Below are positions 9,397 through 17,845 of a stretch of 64,000 nt of DNA, in pieces. Position 1 is the first letter of the stretch. Every line of letters begins with the position of its first letter. The notes beneath the pieces were generated by a model. That model did no database searches. It saw only the letters and a program-made list of their open reading frames with translations, and was not told the origin of the DNA. This stretch comes from Anaerolineae bacterium (GTDB lineage Bacteria; Chloroflexota; Anaerolineae; B4-G1; DUEL01): contig JBDOIF010000058.1 of the NCBI GenBank assembly GCA_041082215.1, forward strand, positions 1,406-65,405, in the 5' to 3' direction. The position numbers were made by a program, and so were the translations under genes.

Positions 9397-10632
9397 ATGG
9401 GAGATGCCGGGCTGGTCGGGCTGCTGGCGGATACATGGTGGTTCGGCCTGACGGACCGTCTGGCAGAGCCGGATTTCAAGGACCTGGCGGCCCGTCGCGC
9501 CAAGCAGGGGTTCTCAGCCATCCAGATGGTCGTCGGCATCCCGCCGGAGGTGGGGCCGGAAAACGAGAACGCCAGAAGCCCGGCCGGGTTCCCGTGGACC
9601 CTGGACGGGCAATTCAATCGGGCGTATCTCCAATTTGCCAGAGGACGTATCGAGTACCTGAACAGCCTGGGGCTGAAAGCTGTCGTCTACGGGGCGTGGG
9701 GGCATCAGATCGAGTGGCTGGGCCGGGAGAGGATGGCCGGGTGGTGGCGGCTGATCGTCGAGACGCTGGACGATCTGGACGTGCTCTACTGCCTCTGCGG
9801 CGAAAGCAGCCTCTGGATCGGCCAGGAGGGGATGCTGCTCCCGGATAAGACAACTGCCGAACTGCTGGCCCGGGTCCGCTTCTCCTGGCTCCCCCCGCGC
9901 CTGAGGGCCTTTCTCGGCGCTGCTGCTCACCGTCTCAAGAAACGGCTGCACCGGCGCCAATGGGAGGCCCGCCGGCAGGCATGGGGATCTGTGCTGGAGG
10001 AGGTAGCCCGGCGCACCGGCCGGCCCATCCTCATCCACCCCACGGCGGACGAGACGGGGTATGAGGCGGTGCCCAACCCCGAGCGGTTGGCGGCCAACAC
10101 CGCCCAAACCGGGCACGACGAGGGGGCCAGGAACCGGCTGTGGCGGCTGCCTCTGGAGCTGGACCGTCGCGGCCTCGCCCCCCGGGGATACATCAACCTG
10201 GAACCCTGGTACGAGGGGATAGGGGATCGGTTCTGGGCCCCGGACCAGCTTTATGCCTACTGGGCCTCGATGCTGGCCGGCGCGCTGGGCCACTGCTACG
10301 GGGCCCACGGCATCTGGAACGTGGGGGACGGAACGTTCCTGGCCCACTGGGGCAGGCAGACCTTTGCCCGGGCGGTGGCGCTGGAGACACCCCGGCTGAT
10401 CGGGCTTTCCCACCGGCTGCTGATGGAGTGCTGGGAGCCTGGGGGGGAGAGCTTTTACCAGACGAGAAGGGGGGAGTTGATCGCCATCGGCAGGCGATGG
10501 GGCGGGAGGGTGGTCCAGTTCTTCCCGGACGTTGCCCGTGTGGATCGGCTGCCGGAGGGGAGGTGCTGGCTTCCGCTGGAAGGGACCTTTGCAGGAACCC
10601 GGCCTTCCAGCGGACCGGCTGTCATTCTGTGA
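9397..10632 (+). CDS. TIM-barrel glycoside-hydrolase-like protein (DUF4038-like); function unknown.
   Basis: 411 aa with no signal peptide. Weak resemblance to DUF4038/GH-like proteins (WWFGLTDRL..., KQGFSAIQMVVGIPPEVGPEN...). Sits inside the sugar-nucleotide operon. Confidence 0.35.
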   Translation: MGDAGLVGLLADTWWFGLTDRLAEPDFKDLAARRAKQGFSAIQMVVGIPPEVGPENENARSPAGFPWTLDGQFNRAYLQFARGRIEYLNSLGLKAVVYGAWGHQIEWLGRERMAGWWRLIVETLDDLDVLYCLCGESSLWIGQEGMLLPDKTTAELLARVRFSWLPPRLRAFLGAAAHRLKKRLHRRQWEARRQAWGSVLEEVARRTGRPILIHPTADETGYEAVPNPERLAANTAQTGHDEGARNRLWRLPLELDRRGLAPRGYINLEPWYEGIGDRFWAPDQLYAYWASMLAGALGHCYGAHGIWNVGDGTFLAHWGRQTFARAVALETPRLIGLSHRLLMECWEPGGESFYQTRRGELIAIGRRWGGRVVQFFPDVARVDRLPEGRCWLPLEGTFAGTRPSSGPAVIL

Positions 10633-10755
10633 GGACGCGAATGACACGAGTGGAGGCGAATTGCACAAATGTGAGCGTCTTTTCCGATTCGTGGGGTTCG
10701 GATCATTCGTGGAATTCGTGATTCGTAATATGCAGGGGGATCGGTTGCCCCAAAA

Positions 10756-12087
10756 TTGAAGCGCGTCGGGAAGGCGCCTATGGTCATCGTGGATAAAGCG
10801 TTGGAGGAGCGGGAGCGGGCAGGGAGTCCGATCCGGGTGGCGATGGTGGGGGCCGGGTACATGGGGCGCGGCATCGCCCTCCAGATCATCACCGCCACGC
10901 CGGGCATGCGGCTGGTGGCGATCGCCAACCGCACCCTCTCCCAGGCGGAGCGGGCCTACCGGCAGGCGGGGGTGGAGTCGGTGCGCGTGGTGGAGACGGA
11001 GGCCGGGTTGGAGGAGGCGGTCTCCCGGGGGGAGTATGCCGTCACCGAAGACGCGATGCTGCTCTGCCGGGCCGGGAACATAGACGCCGTGATCGAGGTG
11101 ACCGGCACCATCGAGTTCGGCGCCCGCGTCGCGCTGGAGGCGATCGAGCACGGCAAGCACGTGATCCTGATGAACGCTGAGCTGGATGCCACCCTGGGGC
11201 CGATCCTGAAGGTCTACGCTGACCGGGCCGGGGTAGTGGTCACCAACGCCGACGGCGACCAGCCGGGGGTGATCATGAACCTCTACCGGTTCGTCCGTGC
11301 CATCGGTTGCCGACCGGTGCTTGCAGGCAACATCAAGGGGTTGCACGACCCCTACCGCACCCCGGAGACCCAGCGGGCCTATGCCGAGAGGTATCGTCAG
11401 AAGCCGCAGATGGTCACTTCCTTTGCCGACGGCACGAAGATTTCGATGGAGATGGCGGTGGTGGCCAATGCGACCGGCTTCCGGGTGGGCCGGCGTGGGA
11501 TGTACGGCCCTCACTGCGAGGATGTGTCGGACGCGCTGGAGCTGTTCCCGATGGATCAGATGCTGGAGACCGGCCTGGTGGATTACATCGTCGGGGCCAG
11601 GCCGGCGCCGGGGGTGTTCGTGCTGGGCTACAACGACCATCCCCTGCAGCAGGAATACCTGAGGTACTACAAGATGGGGGAGGGGCCCCTTTACGTCTTT
11701 TACACCCCTTATCACCTGTGCCACCTGGAGGTGCCGCTGACGGTGGCCCGGGCGGTGCTTTTCCATGACGCTGCCGTTGCCCCGCTGGGAGGCCCGGTGA
11801 CGGAGGTGATCACCGTTGCCAAGCGGGACCTGAGGGCGGGGGAGGTGCTGGACGGCATCGGCGGCTTCACCTGCTATGGTGTGCTGGAGAACTACGAGGT
11901 GGCCCGGGCCGAAGACCTGCTGCCGATGGGACTTTCAGAAGGGTGTCGGCTGCGGCGGGATGTGCCCAGGGACCAGGCTATCGCCTACGGCGACGTCGAA
12001 CTGCCGCCGGATCGGCTGAGCGACCGGCTGCGGGCACAGCAGACGGCCTGTTTCGCCCCGGTCCATGCTTCTGTGGCGGCGGTGTAG
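10756..12087 (+). CDS. NAD(P)-binding oxidoreductase with a C-terminal SAF domain (COG4091-like 'predicted homoserine dehydrogenase').
   Basis: VAMVGAGYMGRG Rossmann motif; ILMNAELDATLGPIL...NADGDQPGV core; C-terminal SAF-like region. The start may be the ATG at 10780. Confidence 0.5.
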   Translation: MKRVGKAPMVIVDKALEERERAGSPIRVAMVGAGYMGRGIALQIITATPGMRLVAIANRTLSQAERAYRQAGVESVRVVETEAGLEEAVSRGEYAVTEDAMLLCRAGNIDAVIEVTGTIEFGARVALEAIEHGKHVILMNAELDATLGPILKVYADRAGVVVTNADGDQPGVIMNLYRFVRAIGCRPVLAGNIKGLHDPYRTPETQRAYAERYRQKPQMVTSFADGTKISMEMAVVANATGFRVGRRGMYGPHCEDVSDALELFPMDQMLETGLVDYIVGARPAPGVFVLGYNDHPLQQEYLRYYKMGEGPLYVFYTPYHLCHLEVPLTVARAVLFHDAAVAPLGGPVTEVITVAKRDLRAGEVLDGIGGFTCYGVLENYEVARAEDLLPMGLSEGCRLRRDVPRDQAIAYGDVELPPDRLSDRLRAQQTACFAPVHASVAAV

Positions 12088-12112
12088 GTTGGGCGGACGG
12101 GGGGAGGAAGTC

Positions 12113-13000
12113 ATGAGTGTCGAAGGTATGGAGGAGCGGCCAGCGGCGGGGTTGCTGACGTCTGCGCCGTCGGGTCAGGTGCCGGTGATCCGGATCAGGC
12201 CCTCCAGAGGATGGGTCTCTCTGAGGCTCGGTGAGCTGTGGGAGTACCGGGAGCTGCTCTATTTCCTGATCTGGCGGGACATCAAGGTGCGCTACAAGCA
12301 GACGGTGCTGGGCGCAGCCTGGGCGATCATCCAGCCCTTCTTTACGATGGTGGTCTTCAGCCTTTTCTTTGGAAAACTGGCACGGGTCCCTTCCGATAAC
12401 ATCCCTTATCCCATCTTCAGCTACGCCGCTCTGGTGCCGTGGTCTTTCTTCGCCAATGGCCTGACCCAGGCCTCGACCGGCATCGTGACCCATGCCAACC
12501 TGATTACGAAGGTATATTTCCCGCGCCTGGCCATACCGATCGCCAGAGTGCTGGCCGGAGTTGTGGACTTCGGGCTGGCCTTTATCGTGCTTTTGGGGAT
12601 GATGTTTGCCTATGGCATTGTGCCGACCGCCAACGTCCTCTGGCTGCCCCTTCTTTTGCTTTTGGCTCTGGTCACCTCGCTGGGGACGGCCCTCTGGCTT
12701 GCGGCGATGAACGTGCAGTTCCGGGATGTGGGCTACATTGTGCCGTTCATCACCCAGTTCTGGATGTTCGCTACGCCGATCGCTTATCCCAGCAGCCTGA
12801 TCGAGGACCCCCTGTTACGGACGCTGTATGGCATCAACCCGATGGTCGGTGTGGTGGAGGGTTTTCGCTGGGCGCTGCTGGGCGTTGAAACCGCGCCGGG
12901 GCCGACGATCCTCGTTTCGTCGCTGGTGGCGTTGACCCTGTTGATCGGTGGGGCGTTTTACTTCCGCCGGATGGAGAAGACCTTTGCGGACGTGGTGTAG
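12113..13000 (+). CDS. wzm: ABC-2 type polysaccharide exporter permease.
   Basis: ATG after ggaggaag; six transmembrane segments; LIWRDIKVRYKQTVLGAAWAIIQP signature of Wzm/TagG permeases. Confidence 0.85.
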   Translation: MSVEGMEERPAAGLLTSAPSGQVPVIRIRPSRGWVSLRLGELWEYRELLYFLIWRDIKVRYKQTVLGAAWAIIQPFFTMVVFSLFFGKLARVPSDNIPYPIFSYAALVPWSFFANGLTQASTGIVTHANLITKVYFPRLAIPIARVLAGVVDFGLAFIVLLGMMFAYGIVPTANVLWLPLLLLLALVTSLGTALWLAAMNVQFRDVGYIVPFITQFWMFATPIAYPSSLIEDPLLRTLYGINPMVGVVEGFRWALLGVETAPGPTILVSSLVALTLLIGGAFYFRRMEKTFADVV

Positions 13001-13009
13001 GGAAGCCCG

Positions 13010-14299
13010 ATGAGCGATATCGCCATTTGGGTGGAAGGTCTGGGTAAGCAATATCGCATCGGCAAGAGGCGCGAGCGGTACATGACCCTGCGCGACCAGT
13101 TGGCCAATGCCTTAGCGGCGCCATTTCGCAGGGCGGGCAGGCTCCTGCGCGGTCAGGCTACCGGCGCGGCCGAGCTGGACGAGACCATCTGGGCTCTGCG
13201 GGATGTCTCTTTCGAGGTCAGACGTGGCGAGGTCGTCGGCATCATCGGCCGCAACGGCGCGGGGAAGAGCACGCTGCTGAAGGTCCTCTCGCGGATCACC
13301 GAGCCCACGGAGGGGCAGGCCGAGATCCGCGGACGGGTAGGCTCCCTGCTGGAAGTGGGGACTGGCTTTCACCCGGAACTGACCGGGCGAGAGAACATCT
13401 ATCTGAACGGCGCCATCCTGGGCATGAAGCGGGTCGAAATCGAGCGCAAGTTCGACGACATCGTTGCTTTTTCCGAGATCGAAAAGTTTATTGATACGCC
13501 GGTGAAACACTACTCCAGCGGCATGTACCTGCGTCTGGCCTTCGCTGTGGCTGCTCATTTAGAGCCGGAGATCCTGTTGATAGATGAAGTCCTGGCGGTG
13601 GGGGATGCGGCGTTTCAGAAGAAGTGCATCGGCAAGATGGGGAGCGTGGCAAGAGAGGGCCGAACGGTTCTGTTCGTCAGCCACAACATGGGGGCGATCA
13701 CCCAGCTATGCGAGCGGACCCTGTGGCTGGACGAGGGGCGGCTGAGGCTCAGCGGGCCCTCTTCGGAAGTCGTCGCTGCTTACCTGTCCTCGGGGACGGA
13801 GGGGCAGGCGACGTGGTGCAACCCCTCTGCGGCGCCGCGCGATCTGGAGGTCCAGTTGAGGTCGGCGCGTGTGTTGCTGGGGGACAACCGGCCGGCGGCG
13901 ACCGTTGATTTCGACAGCCCGTTCAGAATTGAACTCACCTACGACGTTTTTCAGCCGATCAGAGACCTGTCCGTTGCTTACCAGTTGATGGATTCCCAGG
14001 GGAGCCTGGTGTTTGAGGCCATGGACACGGACATGCCTGAATGGAAGGGCCGGGTCAGAGATCCAGGGCGGTATGTAGCCACCTGCCGGGTTCCCGGTTA
14101 CCTGCTCAAACCGGGCCGCTATCACCTCTCCCTTGTTTCATTCGTCGAGCGGGTGAAGATCATCGAACGGCAGGAGGGGGTGCTGACTTTCGACGTTTCT
14201 GAGGTGGGGTATTGCCTGAATCCCGGCCGGTTGGGCGTTGTCTCGCCCGTGCTGGAGTGGGAAGTGAATCGGGTGGATGGGGCTGGGCGAGTCCTGTGA
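13010..14299 (+). CDS. wzt: Polysaccharide ABC exporter ATP-binding protein with a C-terminal carbohydrate-binding (Wzt_C-like) domain.
   Basis: Walker A GRNGAGKST, signature YSSGMYLRLAF, Walker B LLIDEVLAVGD. An extra C-terminal beta-rich domain of about 170 aa follows the nucleotide-binding domain. Confidence 0.85.
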   Translation: MSDIAIWVEGLGKQYRIGKRRERYMTLRDQLANALAAPFRRAGRLLRGQATGAAELDETIWALRDVSFEVRRGEVVGIIGRNGAGKSTLLKVLSRITEPTEGQAEIRGRVGSLLEVGTGFHPELTGRENIYLNGAILGMKRVEIERKFDDIVAFSEIEKFIDTPVKHYSSGMYLRLAFAVAAHLEPEILLIDEVLAVGDAAFQKKCIGKMGSVAREGRTVLFVSHNMGAITQLCERTLWLDEGRLRLSGPSSEVVAAYLSSGTEGQATWCNPSAAPRDLEVQLRSARVLLGDNRPAATVDFDSPFRIELTYDVFQPIRDLSVAYQLMDSQGSLVFEAMDTDMPEWKGRVRDPGRYVATCRVPGYLLKPGRYHLSLVSFVERVKIIERQEGVLTFDVSEVGYCLNPGRLGVVSPVLEWEVNRVDGAGRVL

Positions 14300-14348
14300 A
14301 GATAGCCTGAAATAACCAGCGCTTGGGTCTGTACGGAGCTGACGAGTT

Positions 14349-15230
14349 ATGGGTGCGACATCTATAGATGCTGTGAGGCTCAGCGTGATTATCCCCTGTC
14401 TGAATGCGGCTGATACGATCGCTGTCCAACTGGAGGCGCTTGCCGATCAGCAATGGTCCGAGCCATGGGAGGTCATCATTTCCGACAATGGCTCGACGGA
14501 TGGGACCTTAGCGGAGGTTGAGCGATACCGGGGAAAGTTGCCCAATCTGCGGGTCGTTGATTCTTCCGACCGGCGCGGGCAGCCGCATGCTCTTAATATT
14601 GGCGCACTGGCTGCTCGTAGCGAGGCGTTGGCGTTTTGCGACGCCGACGACGAAGTGGCCCCTGGCTGGGTGGCCGCCATGGGTGAGGCCCTTCGTCAAC
14701 ACGATTTCGTCGCTGGTCGGTTCGAGGTGAAAAAACTTAACCCTCCCTGGCTGCAGGCAAGTCACCCCCAGCAGGAAGGACTCAACAGGTTCCGTTATCC
14801 CCTGTTCCTTCCGCATGCGGGAAGCGGCAACATGGGCATCAAACGCGCGATCCATGAAGCTGTGAGCGGATTTGATGAATCCATGCCCTACCTTTTTGAT
14901 ACCGACTATTGCTTCAAGATACAACTGGCCGGAACGCCACTGCACTTTGTGCCGGATGCGGTCGTCCATATCCGAAGGCGCAGCAGGTTGAGCGACATTT
15001 TCCGCCAGGGGCGAAACTACGGTGAGTATCACGTCCTGCTGTACAAGCGATACCGACCGCTGGGCATGCCCCGGCTTTCGTGGAAGGCGGGCTTAAAGGG
15101 ATGGGCGTATCTATTGTGGCAGTTGGTTCAGGTACGCAGCAAAGCCCAGATGGCGAACTGGATATGGAATTTCGGGTGGCGAGTGGGACGATTGAAGGGG
15201 TGTGTCCGGTATCGGGTGCTGGCCTGGTGA
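14349..15230 (+). CDS. Glycosyltransferase family 2.
   Basis: LSVIIPCLNAADTI...EVIISDNGSTDGT with a DAD motif (FCDADDE). Confidence 0.8.
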   Translation: MGATSIDAVRLSVIIPCLNAADTIAVQLEALADQQWSEPWEVIISDNGSTDGTLAEVERYRGKLPNLRVVDSSDRRGQPHALNIGALAARSEALAFCDADDEVAPGWVAAMGEALRQHDFVAGRFEVKKLNPPWLQASHPQQEGLNRFRYPLFLPHAGSGNMGIKRAIHEAVSGFDESMPYLFDTDYCFKIQLAGTPLHFVPDAVVHIRRRSRLSDIFRQGRNYGEYHVLLYKRYRPLGMPRLSWKAGLKGWAYLLWQLVQVRSKAQMANWIWNFGWRVGRLKGCVRYRVLAW

Positions 15231-15239
15231 GGAGCTTCG

Positions 15240-16022
15240 ATGGGGTTTGATCGGTTGAATCCGCGCAGAATCATTACAGGGGGACTCCGAAGGGTGCTGG
15301 GCACCATCACTCACGTCTCGACTCAGAAGCCGGTGGTCGCCCTCACCTTCGACGACGGGCCCCATCCCGAATTCACGCCCCGTCTGCTCGAGATTCTGCA
15401 AAAGCACCAGGCTCACGCCACCTTCTTCATGGTCGGCGGGGCCGCACAGCGACACCCGGACATTGTACGACGGGTCGCAGAGGCCGGCCACGCCATCGGT
15501 AACCATTCCTGGGATCATTCATCGCTCCCTTTACTTACCGGGAAGGAACGGCGGGCCCAGATCCGCGCCTGCGAAAAGGCCCTGGCTCCATACGGGCAGC
15601 GGCTGCTTCGCCCTCCATATGGCCATCAGAGCGTGGCCTCTCGCCTGGATGCCCTGTGGCTTGGCTATCAGGTCATCACGTGGAACGTGACCGCAAGCGA
15701 CTGGCAGGATCGCAGTGCGAACTGGATCACCGACCGGCTGGTGAACGAGGTCAGGCCTGGAGACATCGTCCTTTTCCACGATGCACTCTACACCTACGTG
15801 GAGAAGCGCTACACCGACCGGGGGCCGACCCTCCAGGCGGTGGACCTGCTCCTGGAGCGCCTCGGCGAGCGCTTTCGTTTTGTGACAGTGCCCGAGTTGC
15901 TGCGAAGCGGCAGGCCGCAGCGGCGAAACTGGTACCAGAAAGCGGATGTGGACTGGCTGAACCGCCTGGAGGGAGCCTGCGGGGAGCCCCGGCGCTACGC
16001 CCACAGCAGCGGTGGGGGGTGA
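15240..16022 (+). CDS. Polysaccharide deacetylase (CE4 / NodB homology domain).
   Basis: VALTFDDGP, HATFFMVG, IGNHSWDH motifs. Confidence 0.8.
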   Translation: MGFDRLNPRRIITGGLRRVLGTITHVSTQKPVVALTFDDGPHPEFTPRLLEILQKHQAHATFFMVGGAAQRHPDIVRRVAEAGHAIGNHSWDHSSLPLLTGKERRAQIRACEKALAPYGQRLLRPPYGHQSVASRLDALWLGYQVITWNVTASDWQDRSANWITDRLVNEVRPGDIVLFHDALYTYVEKRYTDRGPTLQAVDLLLERLGERFRFVTVPELLRSGRPQRRNWYQKADVDWLNRLEGACGEPRRYAHSSGGG

Positions 16023-16029
16023 TCGGCCA

Positions 16030-17079
16030 ATGGAGAGAAACAGCCTGACATCAGAACCCCTGGTCAGCGTGGTGACGCCGGTCTACAACGCGGAACCGTA
16101 TCTGGCCGAGTGCATCGAGAGCGTCCTGGCGCAGACGTACAGGAACTGGGAATACGTGATCGTCAACAACTGCAGCACCGACCGCTCTCTGGAGATCGCG
16201 GAGCGCTATGCCCGCCAGGATGCCCGCATCCGCGTCCATAACAATCGCGAGTTCCTGAAGCAATTTCAGAACTGGAACCATGCCTTGCGCCAGATTTCCC
16301 CTGCCAGCAAGTACTGCAAAGTGGTGCATGCCGATGACTGGCTCTTTCCTGAATGCATTGCCCGCATGGTGGAGGTGGTCGAGGCGCATCCGTCGGTGGG
16401 GATTGTCAGCGCTTACCGGCTGGATGAGAACCGGGTGGATCTGGACGGGCTGCCGTATCCCAGTACCGTTGTGCCGGGGCGGGAGATCTGTCGGCTGAGC
16501 CTGCTGGGGGACCTGTGGGTGTTCGGCTCCCCCACTTCCCTGCTCATCCGCTCGGATATCGTCCGCAGCCGTGAGGCTTTCTACGACGAGTCCACGCTTC
16601 ATGCGGATACGGCGGTATGCTTCGAGATTCTAAAGGATTGGGATTTCGGGTTCGTCCATCAGGTCCTGACCTTCACCCGCCGGCACAACGAATCCCTGAC
16701 TTCATTTACTAACCGGTTTGAGACCCGTCGCCTGGCGAATTTTATAGTGCTCGTCCGGTACGGCCCGGTCTATCTGGGAGAGGCGTATGAGGATCGCCTG
16801 GAGCAGGCACTGGAAAGCTACTACAGGTTTCTGGCCAGGAGCATCTTTGCGCTGAAAGGCAGGGAGTTCTGGAACTTTCACACCAGCGAGCTGAGAAAAC
16901 TGGGATTTCCTCTCCGGACCGCCAGGTTGGCCAGGGCACTGTTTTTCGAGCTCTGGGATTTCAGAGAGGCTACCCGGCTGGCAAGGCAGGGCATCAAGCT
17001 GAGGAGGGATCAGAGGGCATCTGAAGGGACTCCGGAGTTCAAGGCAGTGCTCAGCTCGATATATAGTCGGGAAAGCTGA
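16030..17079 (+). CDS. Glycosyltransferase family 2.
   Basis: VSVVTPVYNAEPYLAECIESVLAQTY..EYVIVNNCSTD. The start may instead be the GTG at 16012. Confidence 0.8.
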   Translation: MERNSLTSEPLVSVVTPVYNAEPYLAECIESVLAQTYRNWEYVIVNNCSTDRSLEIAERYARQDARIRVHNNREFLKQFQNWNHALRQISPASKYCKVVHADDWLFPECIARMVEVVEAHPSVGIVSAYRLDENRVDLDGLPYPSTVVPGREICRLSLLGDLWVFGSPTSLLIRSDIVRSREAFYDESTLHADTAVCFEILKDWDFGFVHQVLTFTRRHNESLTSFTNRFETRRLANFIVLVRYGPVYLGEAYEDRLEQALESYYRFLARSIFALKGREFWNFHTSELRKLGFPLRTARLARALFFELWDFREATRLARQGIKLRRDQRASEGTPEFKAVLSSIYSRES

Positions 17080-17089
17080 GGGTTCTGAT

Positions 17090-17845
17090 ATGAACTCAGG
17101 CCAGGGTAAGGTCAGGTTTAACCCGTTTCATCTGCGCCAACCCGCCGTCAAGACCCTGGGCGAGATCGGGATCCGGGCCTGGATGCGGCTCCTGCTCGCC
17201 CTCCTGCCCGGGTCGCCGTCCTTTACCTATCTGGCCGCACTGCCCCTGGGACCCTATAAGGACAAGCGGCTGGTGTTCGATTACGCCCGCAATCGGTCTT
17301 ACGTCTCGCCGAAAGCGCAGATCAAGTGTTCGAAATTGCAGATGGGTGCTCGCTGTTTCATTGACGACTATGTGACCATCTACGCTCATCCAGGCGCTCA
17401 GGGCGGAGTCTACCTGGCGGATAACGTCCATCTTTACCGTTGGTCTATTGTGGAACTGGGCCGGGGGGAAAGCTCTCTTCGGGTCGGCGCGAACACTTAT
17501 ATCCAGGCCGGGTGCATACTGAACGCTTTTGTCGGTAGCATCGTCATCGGGGCAAACTGCATGATCGCCCAGCATTGCGTCTTCATGCCCTATCAACACG
17601 GGTTTGCCGATGCTGCCCGTCCGATGCGGGAGCAACCGCTGACCAGCCGGGGAGACATCGTGCTGGAGGACGATGTGTGGCTGGGGGCCAACGTGTGTGT
17701 GCTGGATGGGGTGACCATCGGCAAGGGGGCTATTGTCGGTGCGGGTGCCGTGGTCACGAAGGACATCCCGCCCTACGCCATCGCCGGCGGCGTTCCGGCG
17801 ACCGTGATCCGCTTCCGGGAGAGGGAGGTCCCTGAAGGTGAGTGA
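17090..17845 (+). CDS. Left-handed beta-helix (hexapeptide-repeat) acyl/acetyltransferase.
   Basis: Hexapeptide repeats in the C-terminal half (LGANVCVLDGVTIGKGAIVGAGAVVTKDIPPYAIAGGVPA). Confidence 0.75.
   Translation: MNSGQGKVRFNPFHLRQPAVKTLGEIGIRAWMRLLLALLPGSPSFTYLAALPLGPYKDKRLVFDYARNRSYVSPKAQIKCSKLQMGARCFIDDYVTIYAHPGAQGGVYLADNVHLYRWSIVELGRGESSLRVGANTYIQAGCILNAFVGSIVIGANCMIAQHCVFMPYQHGFADAARPMREQPLTSRGDIVLEDDVWLGANVCVLDGVTIGKGAIVGAGAVVTKDIPPYAIAGGVPATVIRFREREVPEGE

Noticed and set aside
9514-11766. 750-aa ORF on the minus strand.
   Set aside because: It is antisense to three well-supported plus-strand genes (the DUF4038-like gene, the SAF oxidoreductase, etc.). The Pro/Arg/Gly-rich low-complexity translation is typical of spurious ORFs in high-GC DNA.
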